Shown here piece after piece: positions 1 through 13,560 of a stretch of DNA of 64,000 bases. Under the pieces are notes generated by a model, which was not told the origin of the DNA, made no database searches, and saw only the letters and a list, made by a program, of their open reading frames with translations. Source of the DNA: the human T2T-CHM13v2.0 reference genome, Homo sapiens; the NCBI RefSeq assembly GCF_009914755.1, contig NC_060932.1. One strand, written 5' to 3'. Numbering within the stretch: the first letter of the stretch is position 1; each line of letters starts with the position of its first letter. The translations under genes and the position numbers were made by a program.

Positions 1-1969
1 ACAGTCTATAAGTTAGAATAAAAGATCCTTAAAAATGATACTTCAACAAAACCCTTTAAGTATTTTATTATTCCCCAGTTCTAGGGCGCTACGGAAAAGT
101 GATCATTGAAAGGGGGAATTATTTCCACAAATGGTGACATTGCCCATAAAATACATGCAATGCTATAGAAAAATGAATATTTCATAATATGTTTGTTTTT
201 CTTTTTTGATTATCATAAATAATTGCTGGTATGTATTAGTAATGGACATTTTAACTTGTATTTGGGGAGGTTTGCTTTCTTTTTTAATGATGCTGAGTAA
301 GCATTTAAAACAACCTGGCTAGGTTAGACTTTGCCTGTTCTTGACTATTTCTCTCTTTTTATGATATAAAGGTCTGTCTACGAATTGAAATGCAGATAAA
401 ACATGTACTGAAGGTAGAACACACTGATGTTGATTTGAAGGGAAAAATATAATGATAAATATATATATTTATATATATACACACACGTAAGTAGGTGAGT
501 GGGAATATATGATATATTCACACACAGGCAAACACACACGTGGGCACAATGACAGTATGCTTCCAAAGTTGGTTTTCTGATTCTGAGGAATTTGCCACCT
601 CACTGAGCTTCCCAAGATTCCAAAATTTCCTTTGAAATAATTACATGTTTAAGAAAGAAATGTTTTGCTTGTTTTCTGTAGGTACTAGAAAACACAATTC
701 TTATGATTCCCTATTCTTTCATATCCATTGTGACATATCCATTGTGCACTCAGAGGAGCCTGTTTTTAGGGAGACTTTGGGAGGATCCTTTCTTGTATTA
801 CCACCTTTCACCCCACCCAATGCCTTGAGAAAATTAGCTGCAGAGCCACCTACACCTGCTCATCTTGTCTCTTGTCTTTCTGTTCATCTCAGTTCCCCAG
901 TTTTTCCACAGGGGAGGCCTTGTTTCCTGGAGACCCTTCTGAAGTTTGAATACTGGAGTGAACTCTCTTTCCATGCTGGTTCTGGGCCCTCTCCACACCT
1001 GGTGCCGCCCTCCCTGGAATCCCAGCCCCATTGCTCCCCAGGGCACAGATAACGGGAATTTCAGAGTTAGTAGAAGGAATTTTTTGCTGCATCTGTGATC
1101 GAGGCATTTTAGATATACATGTTGGTAGCCCTAAGCATGAGGTTTAATCTATTTCTTATAGAGGAAGGGTTCACAATGGACCAAACTCTAAGGGTAACCC
1201 AAGGAGATGGCATAACAGGACTTCTGACCCAGACCAGCCAGTTTTGTTCTCATAGTGACCTTCTGCTCACTCATGAGCAAAACTCCCTTAGTTGATAGGG
1301 AATCCCTGATATGTCAGAGCCAGTATGGGAATAGGGAAAAAGAATTGAACTTCAATTCACTGTAAAAAGCATTTTCTTCTTTACCTTTCCTTTTCTGTTT
1401 GTAGACCATATTTCTGCAGAGTGGGCTGGTCCTTGGGGCATGACCATTGTTGGGTTATTGTGGGGAGCTTTCTGCACTGCTGGGAGGAAGCTGTAGTTTT
1501 GTTTGCTTATTTTAAATCTCATCATTACACCTCTTTGTTGCCTGGAAAGGGAGAAGATGCTGTCCCCAGGATGTAATCATTCTAGATAGAGATGCTTTCA
1601 GTTCTGTTTATGGTTGCCAGTTGCTATTGAACTCCCAAGGAAATCTCCAGTTTGGAAACCATTTCTGACTGCCTATTTGGGTTCTTGGTTTTCTGCTTCT
1701 GGGCAAGAACAGCTTCTATGCTTTAGGAGCTTTGAAATCACTGGACCAGAGGAAGCAGATGTATTACAATGGGATGTGGCAGATTATGCAAGAATTTCTT
1801 TTACCCTAAACTCAAGGTGTTGTACAGCTCTGGTAGAGGATTTTTGACATTTCGTATGTTCTCAGGCCACTGGGTCTTCCCAGTGACCTTCCCTGCAAGG
1901 ACAATGTGACAGATAATGAATCTATTTTACCCCAGTCGAGTTTCCTTGCCAGAACAGTATTCTCACTTC

Positions 1970-2250
1970 AAATTCAATTAATCATTTGATTATCAAATAT
2001 TTATTGAACACTTACTCTACCAAGCAAAGGGCTAGTAACTTAGGGATATAAAGATGAAATAAACCTCAAGGCATGTAATACAAGATATGAGAAATGTACA
2101 TTAAAAACCATACTGCAATGGAAAATGGAACCTAAGGAGAAGTGCAAGATGCTTTGGACATCCAGAACAGGAAGAGATACTTCCAAGTGAAGGTAGAAGG
2201 GAAGGCTTTGAAACGATGGCATTTGAGTTGAATTTTGAGGGATTCATAGC
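1970..2250 (-). mobile_element. L2 3' fragment
   Basis: tcaaatatttattgaacacttact is the reverse complement of the L2 3' end. Confidence 0.55.
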
Positions 2251-3861
2251 CTGCATGCAAATGAGTGAATCTGGCTGGCCATGCCCATAGTCATGATGAA
2301 TCCTTCATTCGCTTACCATATTGATTTCTTTCTGATGAGAAAGCAACAGAATTTTCAGCAGCACATATTCAAGCCATGTGATGTCTTCCACTGTCTGTTA
2401 ACATTCACCCAACCTTATTGAAAGAATAGCCCTTCAGCTGAAGCTAGGTTAAACCTTGGTTTCGAAATGTGATTCGGGGAATGGCTCTTCCTTGTGGATA
2501 ACCACACTCCTTCTTCAAAGACTTCATGGACACCCCAAGAGTTGGACTTGCAGTTGCTCAGATGTACCCATGTGCATGCCTTGGCTCAAAGCTAAGCCCC
2601 TACAGCTTTGGTGTATCTAAAAACCACTCCTCTAGTCCTCCACATGTGGTGGAAGACAGGAGGAATGAGGCTTCAAGTGGTGATTTGCATGTCTCCATCT
2701 GCAAGGCACATCAGAAGAGTGGAAGCTGTCAGTGGACCACTTTACATGTGATTTCTGGAACCACTGAGTTTTTGAGGCCAAAGGGAAGGAACTTGAATGA
2801 AAAATGGAATTTCTTAAAGCCCAAAGCTGCCCAAGACACAGAAGATTCCAGTCTCTGATTCTTAATAGGGTTTTAGTTCAACCCTGGTCAGGCAAGCTTC
2901 TGGATATTTGAGGCCAGTGCAATCTCCTAGAATTGGTTGAGCCATGCAGAACTTGGCTGGCCCCAGGCCCTCACTGTAGCAGCCAAGGAGCTGGTTACTG
3001 TGGTCACAGCATTTCCTAATGAAGAATTGAGTCTTCAGGATGTGGGGTAAGTCCCAGTTTCTCCTATAGTTTGTGTAGTGGGTCCAGGTGTTTCCAGATA
3101 CCATGAGAAAAGGAAGCCAAGACAGTTTTTTTTTTCCTGATCCTTTCCTCAATGGTCCCCAGTTCTCTCAGCACTACACACAGATTCTTCAACAGTTTGT
3201 GCACCTTGTTTCATCTTCTGAGACTTTAAGAACCACAGAAGCAAAACCATACAGACATTGAGACGAGAGATGCAAAGGCACAGAGAATTGAGACAAGCGG
3301 GAGGGCCTCCCCACAGACAAATCTGCTCCTGAAGCATTTAAAGTGTGGCCTGGCCTTTGACCTCAGATTTTCAGCATGTCTAAGTGGAAATGCAGGGGAT
3401 GGCAGTTCTGAACCTTAGAACTTATTAATAGGACAAGCAGGCTTGGGATCCCAACTGGAACTCCCCAACTTCCTTCAGTCTTGTTCCTTATAATTATTCT
3501 CTCTTTAACTTCCATAAAATAACTCTACTGTTGCTGATCCATGGCCTGGAATCTTTTCATAATGGGTGGGATGGTGACCACCTGCATCCCTGGAGCTGAT
3601 AGACAAACCATGTCAGCCAAGCATACATTCAGAAAAGTTGGACTTCTATTTTACACAAATCATTTTTAACTCCCAGATTCAAGATATTAAATTTTAATCA
3701 TTCCCTTTACCACCCACCATCTGGGGCTCTACCAAGCCTGACCACCATGCACCACAGGCTGACGGTGACCCCAGACTCTCACTGGACCCCATATTCCCCA
3801 CACCCATGATGTCTGCTCAAGGGTGTGTTGCCCAAACCATCATTCATCTCAGATTTAACTC

Positions 3862-4075
3862 ATATTTACTGAGCACTTGCTTCATGCCAATTTGCTAAGT
3901 GCTTTTCTATATATTTTCTTAGTTTATTTTACTTATTCCTTGTAATGACCTTTTTCAACTAGAGAAATATAACACATTAGTTTAATTTCCATGTGAGAAA
4001 AATGTGACCTAGGCACTTGAATGATTTGCTCAACTTGATTCAAAAGAAATAAAACCACGATGTGGGATCAAGTGT
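3862..4075 (-). mobile_element. MIR
   Basis: catatttactgagcacttgc...gctaagtgc...gagaaaaatgtgacctagg resembles a reverse MIR. Confidence 0.55.
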
Positions 4076-6516
4076 CTTGGCTGAAAGTCTTCTGGCTTTT
4101 CCACCACACCTCTGCCTACACACTCCCTTGCTTGACTGATGGGACATTCTACCTTTCTTTTCTTCCTGCTGCCTCACTGAACTTTGAGAGGCCACCTCCC
4201 TGTGTGGTACATTTTATCTCAGCCTGCAGGAGCCAAGGCCGGTTTGACCTGTGTCTAAACAACCCATCTTGAGATGGCCCAAGAGCAGGGGCCCTTGAGG
4301 CATCAGCCTGAGACTGACATATGGAAAAGACATCTTTTTTTCCTCTGTTTCCAAAGATTTTTGCTGAAAATAATACATAAAATAGATCCTGTGAGAACCA
4401 CTTTTAAAGCCAATTGGTGTTCTTCTGATCTTTCCCAGGAAGATCTTTTGGCAGAATCTCTCTATGTTGTAGAGAAGAAATCAGGGCATTGGGTGGCATC
4501 ATTATATTTTGAAGCCCAAACTGCTCAAAAGGAACTGAACAGCAAATCTCTGCCTCTAGCTAAAATTGCTGCCTCCAACACCACTGACCTGAAGTACTGG
4601 GCTCTAGCTTGGCTTCAGGAAGCTTGCAAAGACCTCGGTGTTGCCCCATGTCAGCTGTCAAAACTGGCAGCCACCTCCCTGAGGTTAACGGAAGAGATTT
4701 CTTCCCTTGAGAACTAAGGTCTCAGTGAGATTCCTGGACTCACGCGCAGTCAATTCATTCTGTCCATTAGTCTTCTAACTTACGCACTCATTATTCATCT
4801 AGCAAAGATCCCAGACGTGTGACTAGACCCTGTCCATAAGTGATTCACAGTCTGGTAGGGAGCTAACCTCTGTACATCCAGGGCTGAAAAGTAAGATGAA
4901 ATTAATGAATGCAGATAAAGCTCTCTCAAGTTCAAAGGAAAGGAAGGCATCTTAGCACCACCAAGCTCAAAGAAAGAGGAGATGACATGGGCATTAAGGA
5001 CTGTTGAGCCTTCCTCATGAATGGCACATCCTGCGTTAAGTACATTAGGGAAGGTTATAGGGAAACAATTAAGATATATGCCCCCTTCTTTGCCTAAAAG
5101 TAACTCCCAGTGTGCACCAATATATTGGCTCCTTTGATAGCCATCATTAGAGGATGCTTCCTGCAATCATCTTCCTTCTTAATCAGTCACCAGGCGTACT
5201 TCTCAAACAGGAAAAAATGGCTTAACCACAGCAAGAAGAGACAAGGGGAGGGGAGAGTAAGGAAAAGATTCCTCTACTTTTGAGACGGATTGCTTTAGAA
5301 AGAAAGCAAAACGTAATCATGTTATCCTTGGTCTGGAAACTGAAGAAAGGGCCCCCTTACTGCGTCACCCCAAGGAAAGAAGAAGGACCTGAAACTCAAC
5401 ATCCCTATGCCTTTCTAGCTGTCATTCCTAGCCATTGTTTCTACATGTCCACAGACCCCATGCCTCCATCCTGAGCCTTTTGGACTTATAGAGTTTAGGT
5501 TAAGCAATATACTATGAATAGGCACATGGGTTACAGAGAACAAGAGAAAAGGATATTCTCTTAGGAAGAGCCAAGAGAGAAATGGGACACAACAGCATGA
5601 CACAGCGGTCAACACAGGCCTTGGATCAGTTGACTAACCTTGAAAGGTTCCCTGTGAAATAAGAAGCTCCAGGTTAATACCACATTGCCCCTTTAGGCCA
5701 ATAATGAATTCTGATCAATTCCACTTAAGAATCGTTCATTGTTTCTTTGTCACTGCTCTAACCTCATGGCAAATGCTGAGATATGTCTTGAGGTGATTTA
5801 TCACAAGGGTTTCTGAATCATGATATATCACATTCATTGCATCCTTCACTTACCAGGCACCCATTTCCAAAATATTACATATTTATCTCCATTTTTAACA
5901 CTACAGATTAGGTCAATGGTGAGTGCCTTTTTTTAAAAGTCCCTACTAATTAGCGGTGATGAGAAATAGTGTTGTTTATTTTTTAACCTTCAAGACGTAG
6001 CTATTGTTTCTTCCTCAATTTCCTAGTTCAGTTTGGCAAACTGGACCACTGAAAGTCCACTAGGCGTTTATCTAGTGATTTCTCTAAGCATGGCTGGGTG
6101 AGAGCAAGTTGAAAATGACGTCTGTCAGCAGAAATTCGAGAGTTAGGAAGCTATGCTGTTGCATCCCAGGACCACAGAGAACTGTCATCCAGCCCTACCT
6201 CCCCTCCAAGCAGGGTCACCCGTTTCTACATTCCATTGCAGCAGCTGGAGTCCTGGATTTGCCACTAACACACCCCACGTGCCCAAGCACAGTTTCATCT
6301 TCTGCAAAATGGTGACACTCCTTAAAGTTTCTTCCCATCCGAAAGTTCTGTTATCAATACCCACTCATCCAACAAATGGCAAGAAAATTTAGCTTCTCCT
6401 TAAATCCATGCTAATGTTTATGAGCATAAGAACCCAAGGAGATCCTCCTTACATAGAAGGCAAGCATCTAAATCAATTCAACTCTACTTTTATCTTGCAT
6501 TAAAAGATGAAGCCAA

Positions 6517-6693
<177 letters not shown>

Positions 6694-7094
6694 AAAAGAT
6701 GAAGCCAACTGCTCACCCTAATAAATATACTCACAATATATATCTTGAAGGTTAAAAACAAAAACAAAAACCACATTGCTTCCTCTAATCCCCTTTTTGT
6801 TATTGATGTCAAGGAGTTGAAATGTACTGGGGTGCAGACCGGAGCATTAGCTTGTCAGGAGATGAGAATCAGCCATATGGGATATACAGAGATTATTGAC
6901 CAAACAAAATAAAGCCAAGCAAAACACTGCAAATTCTCCTGTCCTTAGAACGCCACTTAGCAAACGACCGCCGCTCTAAGAAAATGCTTTGGGTATGGAA
7001 AAGTATCGAACTTTGAGGTTGTCCGGGGAAGGCTGTGATGCTTTTATCAGAGGTGAATAAGGTTTTCCAGCACAGTTCCTAAACGCCTGTGGGG

Positions 7095-7260
7095 CGCTTT
7101 CACATGCAGTATCTCATTTGATCTTCTCAACAACGCTGTGAGTAATAAAGTCACACCCAACATGCAAAAGAGAACACTAAAGTTCAGAGAGGTTAGCCCA
7201 CCTGAGGTCACACTACTATAAAGGGGTTAGGGTCCAATTTCGAATCCCATGCTGCTGTCT
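7095..7260 (-). mobile_element. MIR
   Basis: atctcatttgatcttctcaacaac...ttcagagaggttagcccacctgaggtcacac, reverse MIR core. Confidence 0.65.
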
Positions 7261-10200
7261 GTGATGTCCAAAGCCCCTTCTTTTGAGAGTTGGAGGAGCA
7301 GCAGACCACCTACCTCCCCACCAAGGCCCTGGACTGACAATGCCTGTTCTCCACCATGCCTAGGAATCTCTTTCAGCCAGGGTGGCTCCCAACAAATGGT
7401 AAATAGAACCAGATGGTCCTAGGTACCAAGAGTAGGACATCATAGCCTTGTCCTGGGGCATTTTCGGGATTCTTTAAGCATATCTTTACCCTTAAAGCCA
7501 CACTACACATCATCTCATTTCCTAATTTTATTCTGTCCACTTCCTTATGTAAATACATCTATGATCACAAATCCTCAAACATGGTTTCATCTACAAACTG
7601 CCAGGCCAGAGAAACACCATTTGGAAAGAGCTGATCTAGTAAAGCAGAGTTCTGGGGATTGATGTCAGAAGAACATCATGGTGTTTGCTAAGGCCATTCA
7701 GCCAAAGCAGCCTGCACCTCTTAAAAATCCTCCCTTTGAGGGAAGACCCATGGTCAGCGGCTCCTTAGTTGGCTTTGCAGAACCACTCCCTTAGGGGGGC
7801 TCAGAGCAATGAGCAGAGGGTACCACCTCTGAATCTCAGAGGACCAAGTGGTGGCTGTGTTTTGAGTCAGGGCTGGGTGAGGAGTACAGAGAAGGTTTCC
7901 AGGACAATTGCTTTACTATGATAGGTCATGGGTGGAAACTGAAGTCTGGGAAAGCTTAGTAAGAGATGGGATTCAGAAGGCAAGTAAGGTGGGATCTCCT
8001 CTGGCCCAAGAAATGAATAAGTGTGAGCACCTTACGCAAAAAGCAAAGGACAGGGGCACTGGTTCTGCCTGATTCTGTCACTCCTAAAACAAACCCCAAT
8101 GTGCGTGCTGGAGGAGGCCATGTGCTGGACTGATCACAGCTGTCCACTTCTACCCATGAGAGTAGGAACCAGACTGGTGTGGACGCTGGTGGACACTGAG
8201 CCTGTAGGGTCAGGGGGATCATTTTTTCCTTATTGAGGAGTGTGGCAAAATGTTTAGAGGAAGTCCAAATTTCCTGCTATGGCCAGATTTTAACCAAATG
8301 ATCGAGTGCTTCCTGAGCTCACACTAACATCTCACACTCTATTTCAAAGTAAGAAAAACTTCCTAATGTGGCAGAGGAATTTGCATTTCTTCCCTTTCTT
8401 GGGCCACGGGTGTGAGTAAAGGGTTCTCTTACCTGAATGCAGGTCACTAGTAGGAGGTAGGTGGATCAAACCACAGGCTACATCCCAGGGGAGACAAGAG
8501 AGGGTGCTGCCCACACCCTACACAGGGCTGGCCAGTCCCACTCCCCTACTGCCTCAACAGCAGCCTCTTTCTGTCTAAAACTGCCTCTCCAACTCACTTA
8601 ACCTAGGAAGAGTTGCCCTGTGCAATTAGGAGGGACTTAGACTGGGGTAGAAGGGGCCAATCCAAATGGCTCAAAGAGCTGCTATCTTGGGTTTAGGCCC
8701 CAGGATAAGGCTAGAGAGGGGCCACATGAGGAAGGCCAAAGACCAACAGGGATGATGTGTGGCTTCCGTGGGCTTCTAGCTTGCGGTCCGTGCCAAAGGG
8801 CCATCATCCACCCTCGTCTTGGGCATGCAGGATTCCTGGAGGCATTCTGATGCATCCTGCCTTTCTCAACCTGTCCCAGACTAGTTCTTGCTACAAATTT
8901 CAGAAGAGGATTCTCCCTCAGTCTCCCTTGCCTCTCCTCCTGTCCTTTAGCATGAATGTGAAGACCATTGCCTGATTACTTCCTTTAGCCTCTCGCTGTC
9001 TGCCAGACACTTGCCCAAAGGTGAGGCTCTCGGTGAACAGCAACTCTTGTTCCCAGATGGCCTTTTGCGTTCTTGACTTTCCCTTTCTTCCCTTGCTGAC
9101 CGTGAGACTCTGAGGCACAATGGCCTTGACAAGGGTCCCTCGTTTATCAGCTGAAGGCTCCTCCCCAGCCTGGCCTCCCAGCTCTCATTTTATTCCATTT
9201 TTCTTTCCTCGGGGTGACCCCATTATGTTTTCCTTTCATTCCATGGGGTGCTGCCTCTTCCTCTCGCAACAGCCTGGGATGGTGTGGGTGACTGGTGTTG
9301 AAGCACAAAGCAACATTGCCAAAGAGGATTATGGTAGGAAAAAATAATAATAATAAGTATAATGGGAAAAGCTCAGTGATGTGGGAAACTCCCTTCAGAT
9401 CCTCCACTGGTCAGCCCCGGTTTTCCAGTCCTTTTCTTCTGAAATTTTAATACCATCTATTTGCTATGATTGTTTTTAATGGAAGAAGAACATCATGCTA
9501 ATGAGTTGTGCAAAGGACATCATTCTTTTGTTACTATAATTTAAAGGGGTAAAGACTACAATGAACCGTGTTTATGTTCAGATATCCATTTGTTGTGCTG
9601 GGTTGATTTCAGACTGGTGCATTCTCACTTATCAGGGACCTCTGATTCTAGCAGAACAAAATCAGCTATTTACTCTAGTTACTGTAAGCAGACACATAAC
9701 TTTTACTGTAATTTGAAAAACCTTGCACTGTAATGGTTTAAAAAAAAAAGCAAATCTTATTGAAACTGATTTTGTATTTTTGATTACATCTGAATTTTCA
9801 CATTTTTGTATCTAACCGTGACCACGGTAGCGCTTCCATAGCTTGTGTTCAAGGTCTCGTTTTCTTTCCAGATTGAATTCCTAAGATTGTGTTGATGCCA
9901 GATGTTTAAGGGGCAGGACTGGGGCCTGGCTAGCAGAACCTGTCATGGGGGTTGTGTCTTTGGCCAGATCATGAGCTGGCAACAGGAAATCTTGCCTAGA
10001 TGGAGCAAGCTGTTGTTGCGTTTCATTGCGTGAATTCCCACAGACAGTTCATATCTCCAACTAATTTAAGGCCAACAGTTTTTGGCCAAACCTTTGCCAA
10101 GGACTCTCTCAACTGAGCTGCCCCCCACCCCTGCATTACCCAGCTTCCTGGGTAAGGGAGGACATTTTTGAAAACAAAACTTGTGAAATTAATTTGTGCT

Positions 10201-12569
10201 TATGATTTTTTTCTTCTTGCTGGAAACATGCTGGGAAGCAGAGAGCATGATGTTATCGCTCTTTCTGCTTTTCCAAACCAATACACCTGTTGTACTCTTT
10301 TGTTTCTTAGTGAAGAAAATTCTAGACACAGACCTAAATATGAACTCTTTTCCTCCTGTATTTCAGATTAGCAATTCTCCCTATGTATTCCTAACTTGTT
10401 GAAGTGTTTTCCTTCTTAGCATTTCTTCTCACACTTTACTTTATTTTTTTTTACTGAACAACAACAACAAACCCACGAAGGAACAAATAATCTCTTTCTC
10501 TTTCTCTCTTTCTCTCTCTGATGTGTAATGTTGTGTTGTCCAGATTCTGTACAAAAATATGTATATGATGTATCTGATATTTGGCAGCCACTGGCTGTTA
10601 CTTTAACCAATATAATTAACAAAATGCATAATGTTGGTGTTTGATTTTTTTTTTTACAAAACAAAAAAACAACCTAGTTAAGATGTTTGTGTATTTTTGC
10701 ATGGTTAAAATGTACTTAGTGCATTGAGAAATGTCGTGGAGGCACTCAGTGAAAAGGCCGGTTTACTTTTTGATCTTAATGGTAATTGGTTGTTGACTAG
10801 ACTAATCCCTATGATGTATGTCTTCTTTAAGTTAGCATATTTCTATTTATAACTTGTTTTAGTACTCAAGATTCAGCATAGCGTATCTATCTATCTCTAT
10901 TGTATTTACTGTTCCTTAAAACCAGGTTGTGGAAGTTCACTTCGTCTGGCTCAAATGTCTCCATTGCCGATTTCTGTTGAAATGTGTTCCATTTAATTTG
11001 CTGTACAGTCCAGATCTGAAGCACCCCCAGGGCCCATGGACAAGGGCTGTCATCTCTCCTTCCGGAGGCCTATTCCTTTGAGCAGTACTGTGGTTTTTCC
11101 CTTGTCATGGAACATCTTTTTTTTTTTTTAACCTAGTTATATAAAGGAGGATAAAAGACAGGAAATTAAGCAGAAATATAAGAAGTATTTATATTTTATA
11201 CAAATAGCGCATATAATATATTATAGAGTGATAGACAGGCCGACTTTAAATGTGAATTAAGCAAAAAGGCAATGAAAGATATTGAAGGACTCAGAGAGAT
11301 CTTGGGTTTTCCTCCCAGGAGTGGCACCATTTCAATAGGAGAGCTGCAGAAAAATGGGCTGGCCTTCCTTGTGCCTCAGTTTCACTCTAGGTAAGATTAG
11401 GAAGGGCAGTGTTAGGTGAGAGAGGCATCTACATTTTCTTGGGCCTTCAGTGCATTTAAAGTAAAAGTGGATCTTCAACTGCTTAAGAGATTGGATCGCT
11501 GTATGTTTAGAGACAGTGCTCGCAGCATCCCCTCTCCCCCCTTGGACATCTGGACTTGCTCAGAGGAAATGCATGTCTTAAAAGGCGCAAACTATTCTGG
11601 TTCAAGATTACCCTGATTTTCTTCTTGCTGGGATCTCAAGTCATCTCTTCAGCCAGGTACTTCTGCACAGCTTTTGAAAGAAGGCAGATTTGGAAAGCAA
11701 TATCTCTGGGAAATAGAGGTGAATCTCTGGCACAGGGTTCGTTTGTTCTCCCTAAAGGAGTCAGAATCATGGACTTCTTTTTTTCCCCTGGGCACACAGG
11801 ACTTTGCCATTCTATATTTTTCCAACCCAGACTCAGAGAGACACATCTCCCCCACTCCCAGTGCTAGGAACCAGCATACACAGAAGGTATTAGAAGCACC
11901 TAGACAGATTTTTCCAGAGTCTGTGTTTTGGCAGACATTTGCCTTTTGGCAGAATAGTGTACCTATCCACAGTGAGCCATTCCCCCCTCCGCAAATCTGG
12001 AGATACAGCCAGTCCTCTGAAGTCTTGGGCTTATTGGCTGTGCAGTGAAACGTTAATCCTGATGGCCAGCCAGGTGGAAACCAGGACTGTGGTGCCTCTG
12101 CCTCTCTGACTCTTCACAGTTAAGAGCTCAGAGTGCTTTACAAACATCTTGTTTCTCGTGGCCACTGCACACCTCCGTGATATGCCTGGCCATGGGCACT
12201 GATCATGTCACTGTCTGCTGCTGGTGGGCATCTTTCAAGATCTTTTGAAATTTTCATTAGGTTCTAATGCACTTTTTACTTTCCCTGAGTTGAGGTTGAC
12301 CGCAAAAGGGCAGGATTCCACAAAGATGTGGCAGACACTACTGCTCTCCTGTTTGGCTCTTTCAGGGCAGAATCTAGATGGGGCATTGCGGACATGCTGA
12401 CATTGGTCAGGAGTCCCAAGGAACTTGCTAGAAAATGTACTCACCATTCCCCAGGAACAAGGTTGGCCCTCTTTGGATGAAAGGCTGGCAGAGCCCTTCA
12501 TGATCCTAGAATTCAGCCCCTACCTCATGTCTTTTCCAGACTGATATCAGTTCTCCAGGACCATAGACT

Positions 12570-12680
12570 ACAAATGTCAGGAAGGTCTCAGAGCATGTGG
12601 AGTCCCATCTCCTCTCTGTACAGATGAGGAAACTGAAGCCCAGAGAGAGATGAAGTGATTTACCCAAAGAAACCCAGCTC
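12570..12680 (-). mobile_element. MIR
   Basis: cagatgaggaaactgaagcccagagag...gtgatttacccaa, MIR core. Confidence 0.7.
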
Positions 12681-13514
12681 AAAAGGAGCAGAGACCCCCT
12701 CAGACCCTGCTTCCTGATGCTCCTTTGTCCCCCTCCTTACTTATAACCAGCAGCTCAGAATCCTTTTAATTTGTGAAATTCAGATATCATTCCCAAACTC
12801 TCATGTTTGATAGAAGTCCCTAAGTTTCTTTTCCCAATGATTATGGTCAATGTGAACATCCCAACCCAGCCCCGTGTTAGCCAAGGGAAGAGGGTTTGGA
12901 TTTAGGATGTGAAATGAGCTAATGTCTCATTAACCTATATTTTTGAGGGGTAAGGAAGAACAATGAAAATAAGGAACAGCAGAATCTAAACCTATAAACT
13001 GCCCTTACTAAATCTCCTGTGAGAACAGCTTTTTTCTAAAAAATCTCAGTGGTCCATCCATCCACCCAGTGACCCTACCTGTTGTTCAGCCATCCCAACT
13101 TTCCTGGACGTCTTCCATTCCAGAGGCATCTGATTTCTCCAGGAAGTCCCTTTTAGCAGAGCCCGTTTCAGGAAACCGTCAACTTTTTAATCCAAGCAGG
13201 TGTTCATAATGTTTGTTATGAATTCCTTTTATTTACCTCTCTCTGCTTTTATCTCAATTGAGCCACCAGAAGCCAAAGCGTGTTTTCCTCATGCGAAATA
13301 GTAGACCAGGAACGTCTTGCGGTGTCATTCTTCTAAAAAATGGCTGTTGGCCTCCTGACCTCACCTTCCCCTTTATACGAGCCTGGAGGCACCTGGCTTA
13401 GCTGGTGCGTTTTCCTTTGGGAGGACTCTTTGAGGTTTGTCCCCCAAAGCTTACAAAGATATAGTCTAGAATGTGTTTTTATTTGAATTTTTGTGGTTTT
13501 ATTTGAATTTTCAA

Positions 13515-13560
13515 AATAAACTCTGTAATTTGCTACTGAGGCCCTTGATTCTTTGTTATC
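13515..13560 (+). terminator. Candidate polyadenylation site
   Basis: U-rich upstream tract with a repeated ttttatttgaatttt, AATAAA at 13515-13520, then a U/GU-rich element (ttgattctttgttatc) ~30 nt downstream. Confidence 0.4.
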
